Source of the DNA: an uncultured Eubacteriales bacterium
GTDB taxonomy: Bacteria > Bacillota > Clostridia > Oscillospirales > CAG-272
Length of the DNA stretch: 64,000 bases
NCBI GenBank assembly: GCA_934402395.1
Contig: CAKRTQ010000012.1
Span: 7,751 to 71,750 of the forward strand
Direction of reading: 5' to 3'
A model generated the notes under the pieces. That model worked only from the letters and a program-made list of their open reading frames with translations. It did no database searches and was not told where the DNA came from. This document shows, piece by piece, positions 13,835 to 23,391 of this stretch (position 1 is the first letter of the stretch; every line of letters starts with the position of its first letter). The position numbers were made by a program, and so were the translations under genes.

Positions 13835-15315
13835 ATTCACGTGAGCCTGCCGTTGAGCTGGACGTTCAAAAAGAGATCGTCTCCGGGGATGCTTTTTTCG
13901 GTAAGGCAAAGGAGTATGTCACTGGCGACCGTGAGACTTTGCTTTACCGGCAGGAATTTTTCCGCGATGTGCTTCAAATAAGTGAATTGCCGGAATTTCT
14001 GACGGCACTTCATGCGAAGCTCAACGAAATTTCACCCTTGATGCGGGGAGGGCAGGGCGCGGCGGGACGCGAGGAGAAGCTGCGCGATCTGCTTTATCCG
14101 GTCGTTTATATCGAGCTTGTGGAGCTAATTTGCAGATATCTGGAGCCGATCGCCGACAGATTGACCGCGCGGTCCTTGCTGGCGCTTTATCACATGGCGG
14201 ACAACGAAAAGCGGTCCGCGGAGTACGGCAGGATCGGCGAATATTATATGAAAAACAGCGCCCGGTTGCGTTCCGTACACAGCGTTACCGTGGGCATAAA
14301 TCTGACACCCATGTTTGAGCCTAAAGAGGCGGGGATCGTTGCGCTCAATTCGGAAGAATTCAGCTCGGGCGACTTTTGGGATCGGGTGATACGGATGGAT
14401 CTCGCCAAGGACGATTTTCATTGTATTGCGCCTCTGACGGTCATTGACAAAAAGCTCGGATATCAGGACAGTCAGCGCATGAATCATGCGCTGCTGAAGG
14501 GACTGGATGCCGTTGTCGGTGATGGTCTGCGGCATTGCAGCAAGAGCATAGAAAAATATCTGAAGGATGCATTGAAAAAATTCTATGAGTGGTCCGGGTC
14601 TCTCGGCTTTGTGACAGAAGCGGTCAAACGCATCACGGAGCTGAAGGAGAAGAGAATACCGCTTGCCTTTCCGACCGTCAGCGACCGCTTCTTGTTTGAT
14701 GTGGATTCCCTGTATGACGATTCATTGTGCCGTAAAAAGGACAAAAAAGACATCGTGCCGAATACTGTGCGTCTGGAACCGGATGTATGCTGTTATATTT
14801 TGACGGGACCGAACAGCGGCGGAAAATCGGTATTTCTGAACTCGCTTGCAGCCGCTCAGTATTATTTTCAACTGGGGATGCCGATCCCCGCGAAGGCGGC
14901 GTCGCTCCCGATATGCGATGCCGTTTTCAAAATCTCGGTCGAGGAGCAGGCAAATGCGGATCAGGTCGGCAGATTCGAGAAGGAGTGCATAACTCTTTCC
15001 GGCGTGCTGAAAAAATTCACTCCCCGCAGTCTGGCACTGATAGACGAAGCATTCACCTCCACCTCGGCAGAGGAAGCTGTGCCGATCGCCGCGAATTTTA
15101 TACGTGAGATATGCCGCATTGGGGGAAAATGCCTGTTTGTGACACATTATCATGAATTGGACGGATCGCAGCCGTCGGTGCGGCAATGCGGAGGGGCGGT
15201 AGACTATCTGCACACGGAAAGCGGCGGAGAACGCAGGACGTACACAGTTCTGCCCGGCAGCTCCGATCCGCACAGCGATGCGCATAACATTGCAAAAAAA
15301 TACGGTTTGCTGTGA
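13816..15315 (+). CDS. MutS-family ATPase domain protein (MutS domain V; no Smr or mismatch-binding domain seen)
   Basis: GGAGGTG SD lies 8 nt before the GTG at 13816. Walker A is LTGPNSGGKS, Walker B is LALIDEAFTSTS, and THYHEL is present. Confidence 0.8.
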   Translation: MDFLYMNSREPAVELDVQKEIVSGDAFFGKAKEYVTGDRETLLYRQEFFRDVLQISELPEFLTALHAKLNEISPLMRGGQGAAGREEKLRDLLYPVVYIELVELICRYLEPIADRLTARSLLALYHMADNEKRSAEYGRIGEYYMKNSARLRSVHSVTVGINLTPMFEPKEAGIVALNSEEFSSGDFWDRVIRMDLAKDDFHCIAPLTVIDKKLGYQDSQRMNHALLKGLDAVVGDGLRHCSKSIEKYLKDALKKFYEWSGSLGFVTEAVKRITELKEKRIPLAFPTVSDRFLFDVDSLYDDSLCRKKDKKDIVPNTVRLEPDVCCYILTGPNSGGKSVFLNSLAAAQYYFQLGMPIPAKAASLPICDAVFKISVEEQANADQVGRFEKECITLSGVLKKFTPRSLALIDEAFTSTSAEEAVPIAANFIREICRIGGKCLFVTHYHELDGSQPSVRQCGGAVDYLHTESGGERRTYTVLPGSSDPHSDAHNIAKKYGLL

Positions 15316-15368
15316 TGCCGCAGCCCGGCGCCGGTCATCGGGAATTAAAAAATTTTATCAAAAAACAC

Positions 15369-15421
15369 TTGACAAGTGACCGTTCGGTAACTATAATATG
15401 GGTTACCGAACGGTCACTTGT
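15369..15421 (+). promoter_or_regulatory. consensus sigma-A promoter embedded in a 20-bp perfect inverted repeat (TetR operator pair)
   Basis: TTGACA (15369-74), 17-nt spacer, TATAAT (15392-97). ACAAGTGACCGTTCGGTAAC (15372-91) is the exact reverse complement of 15402-21. Each arm contains ACCG-NN-CGGT. Confidence 0.8.
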
Positions 15422-15436
15422 TTTGCGGAGGAGATA

Positions 15437-16057
15437 ATGAGCGGAGAAACCAAAAACAAAATTGCGGCGGTCGCCCTGCGGTTGTTTTCGCAAAACGGAT
15501 ACCCCGGCACGTCAATGAGCGATATTGCGGTACAGCTCGGGATAACAAAGCCGGCTTTATACAAGCACTACACAAGCAAGCATGAGATTCTCGAAGGTAT
15601 TGTAAAGCGCATGAGCGACATGGACTGCGAGCGCGCCGGGGAATACGGAATGCCCGGAGACGTGACGGATGAAGCGGCAGACGCCTACATGAATACGCCG
15701 ACGGAAAAAATACGCGCGTACAGTATTGCGCAGTTCCGTCATTGGACGGAAGATGAATTTTCCGCTCGGTTTCGCAGAATGCTCACGGTAGAGCAGTACC
15801 GTGATGCGGAGATGGCGCGGCTGTATCAGAAATATCTTGCCGCCGGTCCCGCAGAATATATGGCGGCGATCTTCCGCCAAATGACCGAAAACGATGACGA
15901 AGCAACGCAGCTTGCGCTTGATTTTTACGGTCCGATGTTTCTATTGTACAGCGTTTACGACGGAGCGGAGGATAAAAAAGCGGTCATAGGAATGCTCGGC
16001 AGTCACATTGACCGTTTTATTTCACGTATGAATGATATGAAGGAAACAACGAAATGA
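15437..16057 (+). CDS. TetR/AcrR family transcriptional regulator
   Basis: GGAGGAG SD. The N-terminal HTH is AAVALRLFSQNGYPGTSMSDIAVQLGITKPALYKHY. Confidence 0.9.
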   Translation: MSGETKNKIAAVALRLFSQNGYPGTSMSDIAVQLGITKPALYKHYTSKHEILEGIVKRMSDMDCERAGEYGMPGDVTDEAADAYMNTPTEKIRAYSIAQFRHWTEDEFSARFRRMLTVEQYRDAEMARLYQKYLAAGPAEYMAAIFRQMTENDDEATQLALDFYGPMFLLYSVYDGAEDKKAVIGMLGSHIDRFISRMNDMKETTK

Positions 16058-16959
16058 TAAGTGCGATCGTTTATACTACCAATATCGGCAGCGCCGGGCA
16101 ATATGCGGGGCTCATGTCGAAAGAAACGGGGCTCCCGGCATATTCGTCAAAAGATGCGGCAAGGGTATTGCCGCACGGGGCGGAGATAATCTATATCGGG
16201 TGGATCATGGCGGGCTGCGTCAAGGGATATTCCGCCGCCGCAAAGAGATACGCGGTGTCCGCCGTATGCGGTGTCGGAATTGGAAAAACCGGTACGGGGA
16301 CGGATAATGTTCGTGAGAAAACGCATATTCCGGGGACAGTCCAGCTGTTTACTTTGCGGGGGAATTTCAATGTGGAAAAACTGCGCGGCATCTACCGTTT
16401 AACGATGAAGCTGATGGTAAAAACAGCGGGCAAGGAGCTTTCAGCCAAGGCGGACCGCACGCCGGAAGAGGATGATACCGAAGAGCTGTTCCGCTATTCC
16501 GTGATACTTGGGACGGTAGATGAGCTTGGGGCGGAGAGCGTCTGTATCAATGATATTCTTGAGCAGAGTCTTGCGGGATTTTACGGAACACTGTCCGAAC
16601 GCGGGATCGTTCCCGACATCGTAATGCCGGAGAGGGCGGTAGTTCGTACGCTCGACCGGAATGCTTTGCGCCGTGTATTCGACAACATTCTTTCAAACGC
16701 CGCAAAGTATTCCGATGGGGACCTGACTGTAAGGCTTTCGCCCGATGGTGCGGTCATGTTTGAAAACGGCGCGGCGGGACTGGATACCGTGCAGACGGCA
16801 CACCTTTTTGACCGCTTTTTTACGGTCGATACCGCGCGCGGAGGAACGGGACCCGGGTTGTCCATTGCCATGCTGCTCACCGAAAAGATGGGGGGCAGCG
16901 TAACTGCGGAGTATTGCCGGGGCAGACTGAGATTGCGTGTTCTGTTTCCGGAAAAATGA
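16054..16959 (+). CDS. chimeric ORF: flavodoxin-like N-terminal part fused in frame to an orphan histidine-kinase HATPase_c domain
   Basis: The N-terminal ~150 aa resemble small flavodoxin-like proteins often paired with TetR. The C-terminus carries N box NILSNAAKY, DRFF, and G2 GTGPGLSI, but no DHp/phospho-His region. ATGA overlap with tetR. Confidence 0.6.
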   Translation: MISAIVYTTNIGSAGQYAGLMSKETGLPAYSSKDAARVLPHGAEIIYIGWIMAGCVKGYSAAAKRYAVSAVCGVGIGKTGTGTDNVREKTHIPGTVQLFTLRGNFNVEKLRGIYRLTMKLMVKTAGKELSAKADRTPEEDDTEELFRYSVILGTVDELGAESVCINDILEQSLAGFYGTLSERGIVPDIVMPERAVVRTLDRNALRRVFDNILSNAAKYSDGDLTVRLSPDGAVMFENGAAGLDTVQTAHLFDRFFTVDTARGGTGPGLSIAMLLTEKMGGSVTAEYCRGRLRLRVLFPEK

Positions 16960-17084
16960 ATCCCGGCGCATACGCAGCTCCGGGGAAATTGAGAAAAATT
17001 CAAAAAGGGGCTTGACTCTCACACTGTGGCAGGTGTTATTATATATGCGAGCTCAAAAAATAACAGCAAACAGGAGGTACCGCC

Positions 17085-17516
17085 GTGCTGAAAATAGGAG
17101 AATTTTCGAAATTGTCCGGAGTAAGCGTCAGAATGCTGCGCCACTATGATGAGATAGGACTTCTGAAGCCTGCCGAAACCGACCGGTTCACCGATTACCG
17201 GTATTACAGAGAAGATCAGCTCCCGACAGTCTGCCGCATTACGGCACTGAAGGATATGGGCTTTTCTCTTGCGGATATCATACGGATCCTTGAAATATAT
17301 GATGACAAGGATAAACTTGAAGGATACTTTTCCGACAGGCAGAGGGAGCTTCGACAGCTCTCTCAGGATATTCTGGAAGCGTGTGCTGCCGGTTTACAAA
17401 AGATCGTTTTCGGAGTAGCTTTCGGCAATACTAATCGGAATCCAGCTGCCAGAACAGCAAGGAAAGTCGAGAAAAGCTCCGGTGTGTGCGGTATAATATT
17501 GTCCGTAAGGAGTTGA
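17085..17516 (+). CDS. MerR family transcriptional regulator (C-terminus atypical)
   Basis: AGGAGG SD with GTG start. IGEFSKLSGVSVRMLRHYDEIGLLKP HTH plus coiled coil. Confidence 0.75.
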   Translation: MLKIGEFSKLSGVSVRMLRHYDEIGLLKPAETDRFTDYRYYREDQLPTVCRITALKDMGFSLADIIRILEIYDDKDKLEGYFSDRQRELRQLSQDILEACAAGLQKIVFGVAFGNTNRNPAARTARKVEKSSGVCGIILSVRS

Positions 17517-17520
17517 GGAT

Positions 17521-18405
17521 ATGAAAGAACAGGTGCTTGCCGTCCAGCGTATGCAGGACTACATAGAAAAAAACAAAACGGAGGAGATCAGTCTGTCCGA
17601 TCTTGCGCGGGCATCGCTGTTTTCTCCGTGGTATTCTTATCGGCTTTTTCGTGACTGCCTTGGGCTTACGCCGACCGAGTACATCCGCAAATACCGGCTC
17701 ACACAGGCGGCAAAACAGCTTCATAGCGGCGATGTCAAAGTAATCGACGCGGCGATGGATGCCGGATTTTCCAATGTGGACACCTTCACGCGGGCATTTT
17801 ACCGGGAGTTCGGTCTGAATCCGAGCGACTATGTGAAAAATCCCGTTCCGATAACCTTCTTTATTCCTTACGGTGCAAAATATCGTGAATTACGAAAGGA
17901 GAACATCGACGTGTCAAACATTCAACCGATCTTTATACAGGTCATCCGCAAGCCGGAACGCCTGTGTATCATCAAACGCGGCAGACAGGCGGCAGACTAT
18001 TTCCCTTACTGCGAGGAAGTCAGCTGTGATGTCTGGGGCATACTCATGAGCATGAAATCACTCTGCGGAGAGCCGGTTTCCATATGGCTGCCCGAAAAGT
18101 ACAAAAAGCCGAACACCTCCACCTATGTGCAGGGTGTGGAGGTCGAAACCGATTATATGGGAATGATCCCGGAAGGCTTCGATACCATTCATCTGCCGGA
18201 GGCGGAATATCTGATGTTCCAAGGTCCGGCTTTCCGCGAGGAAGATTACTGCGAGGCGATCCGCACCGTGCAGACGGCGATGGACAGCTATGATCCGTCC
18301 GTCATCGGCTACCGCTGGGACGATGATAACCCACGCATCCAACTGGAACCAAGAGGTCAGCGCGGCTATATCGAACTGCGGGCAGTCAGGAGAGTTCAGA
18401 AATGA
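17521..18405 (+). CDS. AraC family regulator with GyrI-like effector-binding domain
   Basis: N-terminal HTH_18 pattern (LSDLARASLFSPWYSYRLFRD...DAGFSNVDTFTRAFYREFG). C-terminal GyrI-like length. Confidence 0.8.
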   Translation: MKEQVLAVQRMQDYIEKNKTEEISLSDLARASLFSPWYSYRLFRDCLGLTPTEYIRKYRLTQAAKQLHSGDVKVIDAAMDAGFSNVDTFTRAFYREFGLNPSDYVKNPVPITFFIPYGAKYRELRKENIDVSNIQPIFIQVIRKPERLCIIKRGRQAADYFPYCEEVSCDVWGILMSMKSLCGEPVSIWLPEKYKKPNTSTYVQGVEVETDYMGMIPEGFDTIHLPEAEYLMFQGPAFREEDYCEAIRTVQTAMDSYDPSVIGYRWDDDNPRIQLEPRGQRGYIELRAVRRVQK

Positions 18406-19124
18406 GCGAAGCTGTTTTGGCAGAAGGACTGACCAAAGCCTATAACGGAAAAACGGTGGTCAATAATCTGAACCTGTCGGTAAAGAGCGGTACGGTATTC
18501 GGACTGCTTGGTGCAAACGGTGCGGGGAAAAGCACCACGATCGAGTGTATGCTCGGCACAAAACAGGCAGACAGCGGAACTGTTCGCTTGCTGGGGCAAG
18601 ACCCGAAGAAGAAACGCCGCGCGCTTTTTCAGCGCATCGGCGTGCAGTTTCAGGAGGGTGACTATCAGAAAGAAATCAGAGTTTCCGAGCTTTGTGAGGA
18701 AACCGCAAGCCTTTACCGCGATCCCGCCGATTGGCACGCACTTTGCGAGCAGTTTGAAATTGGCGACAAAGCAAAAGTCGCGGTAAAAAGTCTTTCGGGC
18801 GGCGAACGCCAGCGGCTTTTTATCGTACTGGCGCTGATCCCACAGCCGGAGCTGGTGTTTTTGGACGAGCTGACCACCGGGCTTGACGCAAAAGCCCGCC
18901 GCGGCGTGTGGAAAACGCTTGAAGCCCTCAAAGAACATGGACTGACGATCTTTTTGACCTCGCATTTTATGGATGAGGTCGAGGCGTTGTGCGATGAGAT
19001 ATGCATTCTGAAAAAGGGTACTCCCGTTTTCCAAGGAACCGTGGAACAGGCAAAGAAACAATGCGGGTGCGAGCGTTTTGAAGATGCGTATCTGCAACTT
19101 TCGGATGAGGAGGTAGACGCATGA
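18402..19124 (+). CDS. ABC transporter ATP-binding protein
   Basis: GANGAGKST Walker A, LSGGERQRL signature, LDELTTGLD Walker B. ATGA coupling. Confidence 0.9.
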   Translation: MSEAVLAEGLTKAYNGKTVVNNLNLSVKSGTVFGLLGANGAGKSTTIECMLGTKQADSGTVRLLGQDPKKKRRALFQRIGVQFQEGDYQKEIRVSELCEETASLYRDPADWHALCEQFEIGDKAKVAVKSLSGGERQRLFIVLALIPQPELVFLDELTTGLDAKARRGVWKTLEALKEHGLTIFLTSHFMDEVEALCDEICILKKGTPVFQGTVEQAKKQCGCERFEDAYLQLSDEEVDA

Positions 19125-19861
19125 AACGCTTTTTTACTTTTCTGAAAACCGAGCTGCGGCTCAGTCTGCGGGATATGAATATGCCGATCTTCGCCGTTAT
19201 TATGCCACTGATCGTCTTTGTCATTCTCGGTATGGTCAACGGTGCAAACCCGGCGTATGACGGCGCGGATTATACATTTCTTGAGCAGTCCTTCGGCGCG
19301 GTCGGCGCAATTGCGATCTGTGCGAGCGGACTCATGGGTCTGCCGCTGGCAGTATCGGGCTTGCGGGAACTGAAAATTCTCAAGAGACTGCGCGTTACGC
19401 CGGTCAGTCCCGTGTTCATTCTCGGGATAGAGCTTTTGATGTATGTCATCTACTGTGCGGTGTCCCTTGCAACGCTGGCAGTTGCGGCGCTTTTGTTCGG
19501 AGTAAAACTGCACGGCTCGCTTCTCGCTTTCCTCGGAAGCTGGGTGCTTACCATGCTCTCGACCCTGTCGGTCGGTATGCTGGTAGGCGGTATTGCAAAG
19601 AACACAAAGCAGGCAAGCATCATTGCGGGTGTTCTTTATTTCCCGATGCTTGTTTTCTCTGGCACGACACTGCCCATCGAGGTTATGCCGAAGGCAATGC
19701 AGAAAGTCGTCAGTTTCTTCCCATTAACACAAGGACTTACGATGATGAAGAACGCGTTTCTCGGCATCGGCATGGACAGTATTCTAATTCCGGTCTGTGT
19801 CATGCTCGGAGTTACCGCGCTCTGCATCGTTCTCTCTGTACGCTTCTTCCGGTGGGAATGA
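19121..19861 (+). CDS. ABC-2 type transporter permease
   Basis: Six hydrophobic segments. ATGA coupling to the ATPase. Confidence 0.85.
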   Translation: MKRFFTFLKTELRLSLRDMNMPIFAVIMPLIVFVILGMVNGANPAYDGADYTFLEQSFGAVGAIAICASGLMGLPLAVSGLRELKILKRLRVTPVSPVFILGIELLMYVIYCAVSLATLAVAALLFGVKLHGSLLAFLGSWVLTMLSTLSVGMLVGGIAKNTKQASIIAGVLYFPMLVFSGTTLPIEVMPKAMQKVVSFFPLTQGLTMMKNAFLGIGMDSILIPVCVMLGVTALCIVLSVRFFRWE

Positions 19862-19888
19862 CCCGATACACCGTTGAAACGGACGATC

Positions 19889-19920
19889 AAAAGGAGCCGC
19901 CGGGCTCCTTTTGATTTTTT
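19889..19920 (+). terminator. Rho-independent terminator
   Basis: AAGGAGCC-GCCG-GGCTCCTT followed by TTGATTTTTT. Confidence 0.75.
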
Positions 19921-20020
19921 GCGCCGCCGGGCGGTCCTCCTGCGAAAAATACTGTGTGCCCGCGTTATATATTTTGGAGAGAACTCCGCAATACAACAAC
20001 GATGCCGAGGTGGATGAAGA

Positions 20021-20905
20021 ATGGTCAACGGGATCACAAGAGTCATATTGATTATTATACTGTGCGCTGTTTGCATGGCAGTTCCTGCGCGGCTTGCGCC
20101 GCCTGAGTCGGGCGACTATTGCCGCATTGACGGAAAAAACATATATTTTGTGGCTGACAGTGAAAAGGAAAAATGGCGCGAGCCGCTCAAAAAACTGATA
20201 CTCAGGAGCGAGGCGGCGTTCGAGGCAGAAGGCAGGTCAACCGACTACACATCAGACGATGATGTGCTTATTGCCGCGAGTTGGGGCGGCGGTCTTTTTG
20301 ACGTGAACCGCGACGGAGTGCCCGAGCTTTTTATATTCGGGCATGATGCCACCGGGTCATCCGGCGTTATAGGATACAGCGTCTTTGACATCTGCACCGG
20401 CAGGGAGATCGGAAATATCGACTCGGGCTGGGACAGGTCGCTGTGCTGGTACTATGAGCGTTCCACCGGTGCGGCGGTCCCTCTCGGCAAATATACCGAG
20501 AGAAACGGGTGGGATTCGGACTATTTCAGGATAACCGGATTCAGGCAGGGGCAAAATGGGCGATACCGCGAATACGACATTTTTACCGAGTTTTACATTG
20601 AACACAGGTTTGACGTCACACTGCCCGATCTGAGATGCAACGATTCGGTGACATTTTGCATTGACGGAGGAATTGTGGACTCAAATACATACAGAATTGA
20701 GTTTGAGGAATATTTTAATGATCATGTGCGCATGCCCGAAACCGAATTCAGGCTGGTCGAATGGTGGGGTATGTGGGAAAATGAAACCGAGCGTGCGGAC
20801 GGAAAAAAGATAAGCGAGATCATTGCGGAAAAGAAGGTCGAGGCATTGCTCGGTACATCGCAAAAGTTTTTAATGCCTGTGCGCGGCGGGGAGGAAATAT
20901 CATGA
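20021..20905 (+). CDS. hypothetical membrane-anchored/secreted protein
   Basis: GAGGTGG SD and an N-terminal hydrophobic anchor. No recognisable domain. Confidence 0.6.
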   Translation: MVNGITRVILIIILCAVCMAVPARLAPPESGDYCRIDGKNIYFVADSEKEKWREPLKKLILRSEAAFEAEGRSTDYTSDDDVLIAASWGGGLFDVNRDGVPELFIFGHDATGSSGVIGYSVFDICTGREIGNIDSGWDRSLCWYYERSTGAAVPLGKYTERNGWDSDYFRITGFRQGQNGRYREYDIFTEFYIEHRFDVTLPDLRCNDSVTFCIDGGIVDSNTYRIEFEEYFNDHVRMPETEFRLVEWWGMWENETERADGKKISEIIAEKKVEALLGTSQKFLMPVRGGEEIS

Positions 20906-21624
20906 ACGAAACAGAAGAACTCAAAAGCATCATATACGGTGCGCGGAACGCGGTGTTTTTCGGCGGCGCGGGAGTGTCTACCGGCAGCGGCATCCCAGAT
21001 TTTCGCGGCAGCGGCGGACTTTACACCTCGGCAGACGAAGAAGAACGCCCCGAGACCATTCTTTCGGGAACTTATCTCTGCCGGTATCCCGAAAAATTCT
21101 TCAAATACTATAAGACACATATGATCTATCCGGATGCGCACCCGAACATGGCGCATATCGCACTTGCGGAGCTTGAGCGCGCGGGGCATCTTTCTGCGGT
21201 CGTGACCCAGAATATAGACGGTCTGCACACGGCGGCAGGCAGCGGCAATGTGCTTGAGCTGCACGGCTCGGTTGGGCGCAACTTTTGCACATGCTGCGGC
21301 AAGGAATATCCGCTTTCGTATATTACGGGGGCAGACGGAGTTCCGCGCTGCGAAAAATGCGGGGGAATGGTCCGCCCCGACGTTGTGCTGTACGGAGAGG
21401 GGCTTGATTCGCGCGTATGGAATATGGCAGAGGAGGCGATCTCGAATGCCGATGTGCTGATCGTTGGCGGAACGTCGCTGACAGTTTATCCTGCCGCAGG
21501 GCTTGTGAGCGGTTTTTCCGGCGAGCACCTTGTCATAATAAACCGCACACCGACTCCGTACGACGGATTGGCGGAGCTTGTCATACGCGACCCGATCGAA
21601 GATGTGCTTGGCTGTATGATCTGA
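20902..21624 (+). CDS. cobB: NAD-dependent protein deacylase, Sir2/CobB type
   Basis: [22 protein letters not shown], and a Zn ribbon CTCCG...CEKCGG. 240 aa. Confidence 0.85.
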   Translation: MNETEELKSIIYGARNAVFFGGAGVSTGSGIPDFRGSGGLYTSADEEERPETILSGTYLCRYPEKFFKYYKTHMIYPDAHPNMAHIALAELERAGHLSAVVTQNIDGLHTAAGSGNVLELHGSVGRNFCTCCGKEYPLSYITGADGVPRCEKCGGMVRPDVVLYGEGLDSRVWNMAEEAISNADVLIVGGTSLTVYPAAGLVSGFSGEHLVIINRTPTPYDGLAELVIRDPIEDVLGCMI

Positions 21625-21678
21625 ATCGGAGCGTATTGCGGAATTTATTTCGGATATTCTTCGTGCGTAATGACAAAA

Positions 21679-21726
21679 AATGAAGCTGTTAAAAAACTCA
21701 TTTTTGAGTTTTTTAACAGCTTCATT
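21679..21726 (-). terminator. 22-bp-stem hairpin of the AAAAACTCA/TGAGTTTTT-apex family between convergent genes
   Basis: AATGAAGCTGTTAAAAAACTCA-TTTT-TGAGTTTTTTAACAGCTTCATT. On the minus strand it is followed by TTTTG. Confidence 0.6.
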
Positions 21727-21778
21727 AAAAGCTCTGTAAAAAAAATCACGCGTGTCGGCGAGCTTACAATGCACGCGT

Positions 21779-22051
21779 TCACCGTTCGCCGTCGTAGTCC
21801 TCGCTGTGTGCGGGCTTTTTGTCGGCATCTGCCTTGTTTTTTTGATACAAGGCAATATAGCTGCGAAATTCTGCTTCAAGGTTCATGAGATGAAACTCAT
21901 CATATATGTCCTGGAATGCCTGAACGAGCTTCAGGCATTCCGGGCATTGGCAGATATGTTTGTTAACGGTTGTTACCAGTTCGTCGGAGTCCTCAGTTGC
22001 CTCCGTCAATGATACGAAATCAATGATCTCGTCAACTGTTAAGTGGTCCAT
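21779..22051 (-). CDS. putative zinc-finger anti-sigma factor
   Basis: 90 aa with H..C.C..C-type motif (HICQCPECLKL). Overlaps the 3' end of the sigma gene. Confidence 0.55.
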   Translation of the reverse strand: MDHLTVDEIIDFVSLTEATEDSDELVTTVNKHICQCPECLKLVQAFQDIYDEFHLMNLEAEFRSYIALYQKNKADADKKPAHSEDYDGER

Positions 22052-22919
22052 TTCCGCCCCTCCTTGAAATCGGATTTCCCTTGGGTTTGTTGTCGTCGTC
22101 GGACATATCGCTGCCGGCGGCGCTTTTTCTGATAAGTGTGTTCATGCGGTTTGTCCAGTCACTTACTGATTTTTTGGGTGAGACCTCACCGTTGTATTTC
22201 ATAAAGAAATCGCGGTATAGGGTTTCACTATATGTAACGTTTCCGGAGTGCGTTTTTCGCAGCTTGCGGAGAATTTTTTCATTTTCTTCGGGAGAAATTT
22301 CAAGCCAGTCGATGCTTTTCGATGCTTCAACGATCATAGCGTACATCTCGCCGAGCGTTTTGTCTGCAAATTTTTCCGCAACGTAGCCGGTGGCTTGTGA
22401 GGAATTTTTGTTGCATTGGACGGTAAGAATGCAATATGCCATCCATGTGAGCGTTTTGTAGACCGCGCTGTCGCAGGAGAGAACGGTGGCAACACATTGC
22501 TTCAGCCTTTCGCAATGCATCTCGCGTTCGCGGTGTATTTCATCGGCGCTGTCCTTTATCTCACGCATCCCCTCATCATCTATATCCGCGCTCTGCGTTG
22601 CCTCGCGCGTGCGTTTGCTCAGTGCATCGAGGAATGTATTGTGTGCGATCCTGCACATCCAGCTTTGCAGGTCAGCCGGTTTTTTTTCTTTGGGCTCTCT
22701 GAGTATGAATCCGGAAAGGATGAAACGCGTAAGCTTATACACGGTATCCTGGAGTATATCGTCTTCCGATCCGCTCCCGCGCATAATGGGACTGCCGTAG
22801 CATAGCTGTGCAATGTACGGGGGCAGGGTGCGGTAGGCCGTTTTGCACAGAACATCGTAGGGCTTGTTTTTGGTTACTTCGAGGATGATCATTTCAAGTT
22901 CTTGCTGCGTAGGTAACAT
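22032..22919 (-). CDS. sigma-70 family (ECF-like) RNA polymerase sigma factor, divergent, extended C-terminus
   Basis: GGAGGAAGG SD. Region-2-like DILQDTVYKL...WMCRIAHNTFLDALSKR. Confidence 0.6.
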   Translation of the reverse strand: MLPTQQELEMIILEVTKNKPYDVLCKTAYRTLPPYIAQLCYGSPIMRGSGSEDDILQDTVYKLTRFILSGFILREPKEKKPADLQSWMCRIAHNTFLDALSKRTREATQSADIDDEGMREIKDSADEIHREREMHCERLKQCVATVLSCDSAVYKTLTWMAYCILTVQCNKNSSQATGYVAEKFADKTLGEMYAMIVEASKSIDWLEISPEENEKILRKLRKTHSGNVTYSETLYRDFFMKYNGEVSPKKSVSDWTNRMNTLIRKSAAGSDMSDDDNKPKGNPISRRGGNGPLNS

Positions 22920-22984
22920 TGCTTTTTCCTTCCTCCGCACCGTGTGTGCGGACATTGTATTTTGGGGCTCTTATGACAATTTAT

Positions 22985-23013
22985 ATTATAGCGCGAAAAT
23001 TGTCAAGTGTCAA
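22985..23013 (-). promoter_or_regulatory. consensus promoter for the sigma/anti-sigma operon
   Basis: On the minus strand: TTGACA (23013-23008), 17-nt spacer, TATAAT (22990-22985). The -35 is duplicated (TGTCAAGTGTCAAG on plus). Confidence 0.6.
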
Positions 23014-23391
23014 GTGCTTCTGCGCAATTAAATGATTTTTGTGACATTTTACCCAACTGAATCGCGAAAAAGTTTTTTTATTCATCATGAAATGGATTTT
23101 TATTCACTTCGGGACGAAGATGACGCGATATATGGAAAGCAATAGGTGGTTTTTTCCGAAAAACGGCGCACAAAAATGCATATGAAGTGCCGAAATTTAT
23201 CTCGCAAAAAAATAAGTCGATGCGAAAAAACGGTTTTTTACGTGTTTTTGTATATGTCGGCATGCCGGACGAAGCGAAAAGCCTGTAATGAACGGAACTT
23301 TTTGTGAAAATGCGTGTTCCGCGCGAAATTCCGTGCCGCGTGCCGTTAAAGTATATTGCGGACGCAATGAACCGCGAAAGGAGATCATAAA

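Noticed and set aside
20902-21624. Sir2 domain protein as a Thoeris/DSR/Sir2-HerA-type defence effector
   Set aside because: It has the complete CobB-type deacylase motif set and Zn ribbon at the standard 240-aa size. It has no fused or adjacent TIR, HerA or sensor partner, so it looks like housekeeping cobB.
20722-21879. 385-aa ORF antisense to cobB and the upstream gene
   Set aside because: It is a codon-aligned shadow frame of GC-rich coding DNA with an Arg/Ala/Cys-rich low-complexity product. The plus strand carries clear Sir2 motifs.
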